This document shows positions 62,446 through 64,000 of a stretch of DNA of 64,000 nucleotides, one piece after another. A program made the translations under genes and the position numbers. Below the pieces are notes generated by a model. That model was not told where the DNA came from. It saw only the letters and a list, made by a program, of their open reading frames with translations, and made no database searches. The DNA is from Lama guanicoe (Eukaryota), in contig MU053652.1 of assembly GCA_013239625.1 (NCBI GenBank), positions 2,792,001-2,856,000 on the forward strand, written 5' to 3'. The number at the start of each line of letters is the position of its first letter. Within the stretch, counting starts at the first letter, position 1.

Positions 62446-64000
62446 ACTAGAAGCTTTTTTCAAATAGCTTTCCTATAAATGCAGTGATTTTTCCACGGGT
62501 AATGGGTGGGGGACTCTACCTAAGTGGATGTGCCAGAATTTCTGGGGGTAGGTGCAGAGCTTGGACTTTGATGCCCTCCCCACTCAAGATTTTAATCCTT
62601 TCCTTTGAAGACACACGTTCCTCTAGCTATTTGTTGAGAATCAGTGCTCCACAGGAAGTTGATTGTGGGAGAGAAAATTGGTACCAGGAGCTTGTCAAGG
62701 TTAGACTGTTACTTTGTGATAATTGGTGATGCACACACCCTGTTAAATAGCACCTGTGTATACAGTAAATGTCACTGTTTAATTTAGAATAGAAAGTGTT
62801 TAGTAAATTAGGTACAGTGAGTGCTGACAAAAATATGTTTAAGCTTTTTAAAATGGGAAAAGAATAGAATATTGGAAATACGTCCATTTGTGCAAAACAG
62901 GATGTATTATGTTGACATTTAGAAAATACATAATCTGGACAAATTCACAGGAAACAGTAAGAATAGTTCCTTCTGGGAAGGGAAAAGAAATAAGGGAACA
63001 GAAATAGAACAAAGTAATTTTTCCACTATATACTGTTTTCTTTATGTACCTTGTAACTGTGCTTTTATTAGTTAAAAAAATCAGTCAATGAAGTAATTAA
63101 GGAAAAAGTAAAACACATCCTTAAAATGTGCTTAGATTGTTTAGGAGGTAAGGGTCATGTGGGATGGAAAGAATTAACCAGTTGAGTAAAAGCAGAGGGC
63201 TGGCCAGAGGTTTTAGGTGACCATCTGATGGCCCCATATGAGGCTTCTTGGCACACCAGGACCCAGAGTTGGCACACCATTTCTTACAGGCTAGTTAAAT
63301 TTTACAGCAATTAATTATTTTTATTACATTTAACTTAATACATTTTAGAAGAAAAAAGATTCCAAATACCGAATTTTTTTTTTCCATGCAAGCTTTCTTA
63401 ACACTTACGGAACACAGCTTAGGAAATGCTTATTTAAACTCTTGGAAATAATTAGCTCAGAAGGATCTGGTCTAGGGCACTCTGCCTCAGCCCATCTTTC
63501 AAGAAGATGAATATGGGTGTTAATTGTGTTTAATTTGAATAGTGATGCACTACAGTTTATTCAGCACATAGCACCCCACATAGAAGCCACATGTGGGCTG
63601 AGTATGGACTTAATAGTCCATGCTGTGCCTTCTGCTCCCCATTGTTTGCTTACAAATGCTGTCAGTGACCACGAGGTGGCAAGTGACCAAGGGCCAGCAG
63701 TGTGGGGCAGGGGCAGTGGGGATAGAGCTGCTTTCTTCCGCCTTCAAGCCCCTGTCTTTCAGCTTCCAGGAGTCTACGACATCAAAAACAGAGCGCCCAT
63801 ATAGTAAAAATCAAGTGCTGGTTTTTGAAAACAGAACCCTGCAATTCAGCAAAATTGGTCTTTTTCTATTAAAGCAAGTTGCTGGGATCAGTGCTTTTTC
63901 AGGAAAGAAAACTAAGGGGAAAATAACTAGTTAGGGAAAAATTGCGTCCTAAACTGCATATGTTACAAAGGAGATCTCATTTGTTGTGGAGTTTGAAGGC

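Noticed and set aside
744..63934. ORF-track entries as protein-coding genes
   Set aside because: All are 141 aa or shorter, many have non-ATG starts, and none resembles a known protein except degraded L1 ORF2 pieces. This is the expected background in mammalian non-coding DNA.
1..64000. CRISPR array, prokaryotic operon, intact retrovirus or NUMT
   Set aside because: No regularly spaced repeats, long ORFs, gag/pol/env or mitochondrial-like sequence recognised; the repeat landscape is ordinary eutherian.

Overview
Mammalian non-coding genomic DNA. It is most likely from a camelid, because it carries two Vic-1-like tRNA-derived SINE copies and I recognise no Alu, B1/B2, Bov-A, PRE-1 or SINEC. 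No protein-coding exon, RNA gene or gene symbol can be supported. The ORF track is background, apart from degraded LINE-1 ORF2 peptides. A large part of the window is old interspersed repeats: L1, L2, MIR, MaLR/ERVL LTRs and MER3/MER33 hAT elements, with several nested insertions that retain target-site duplications (TSDs). The T-rich + strand and the mostly antisense L1s suggest intronic sequence of a large gene transcribed on +. The clearest functional element is a small CpG-island promoter at about 30.1-30.5 kb. There are also a good CTCF site at 42.04 kb, a few enhancer-like motif clusters, and several candidate non-coding + strand exons. I found no evidence of a novel biological system. 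Repeat subfamily names and boundaries were assigned by eye and are approximate.
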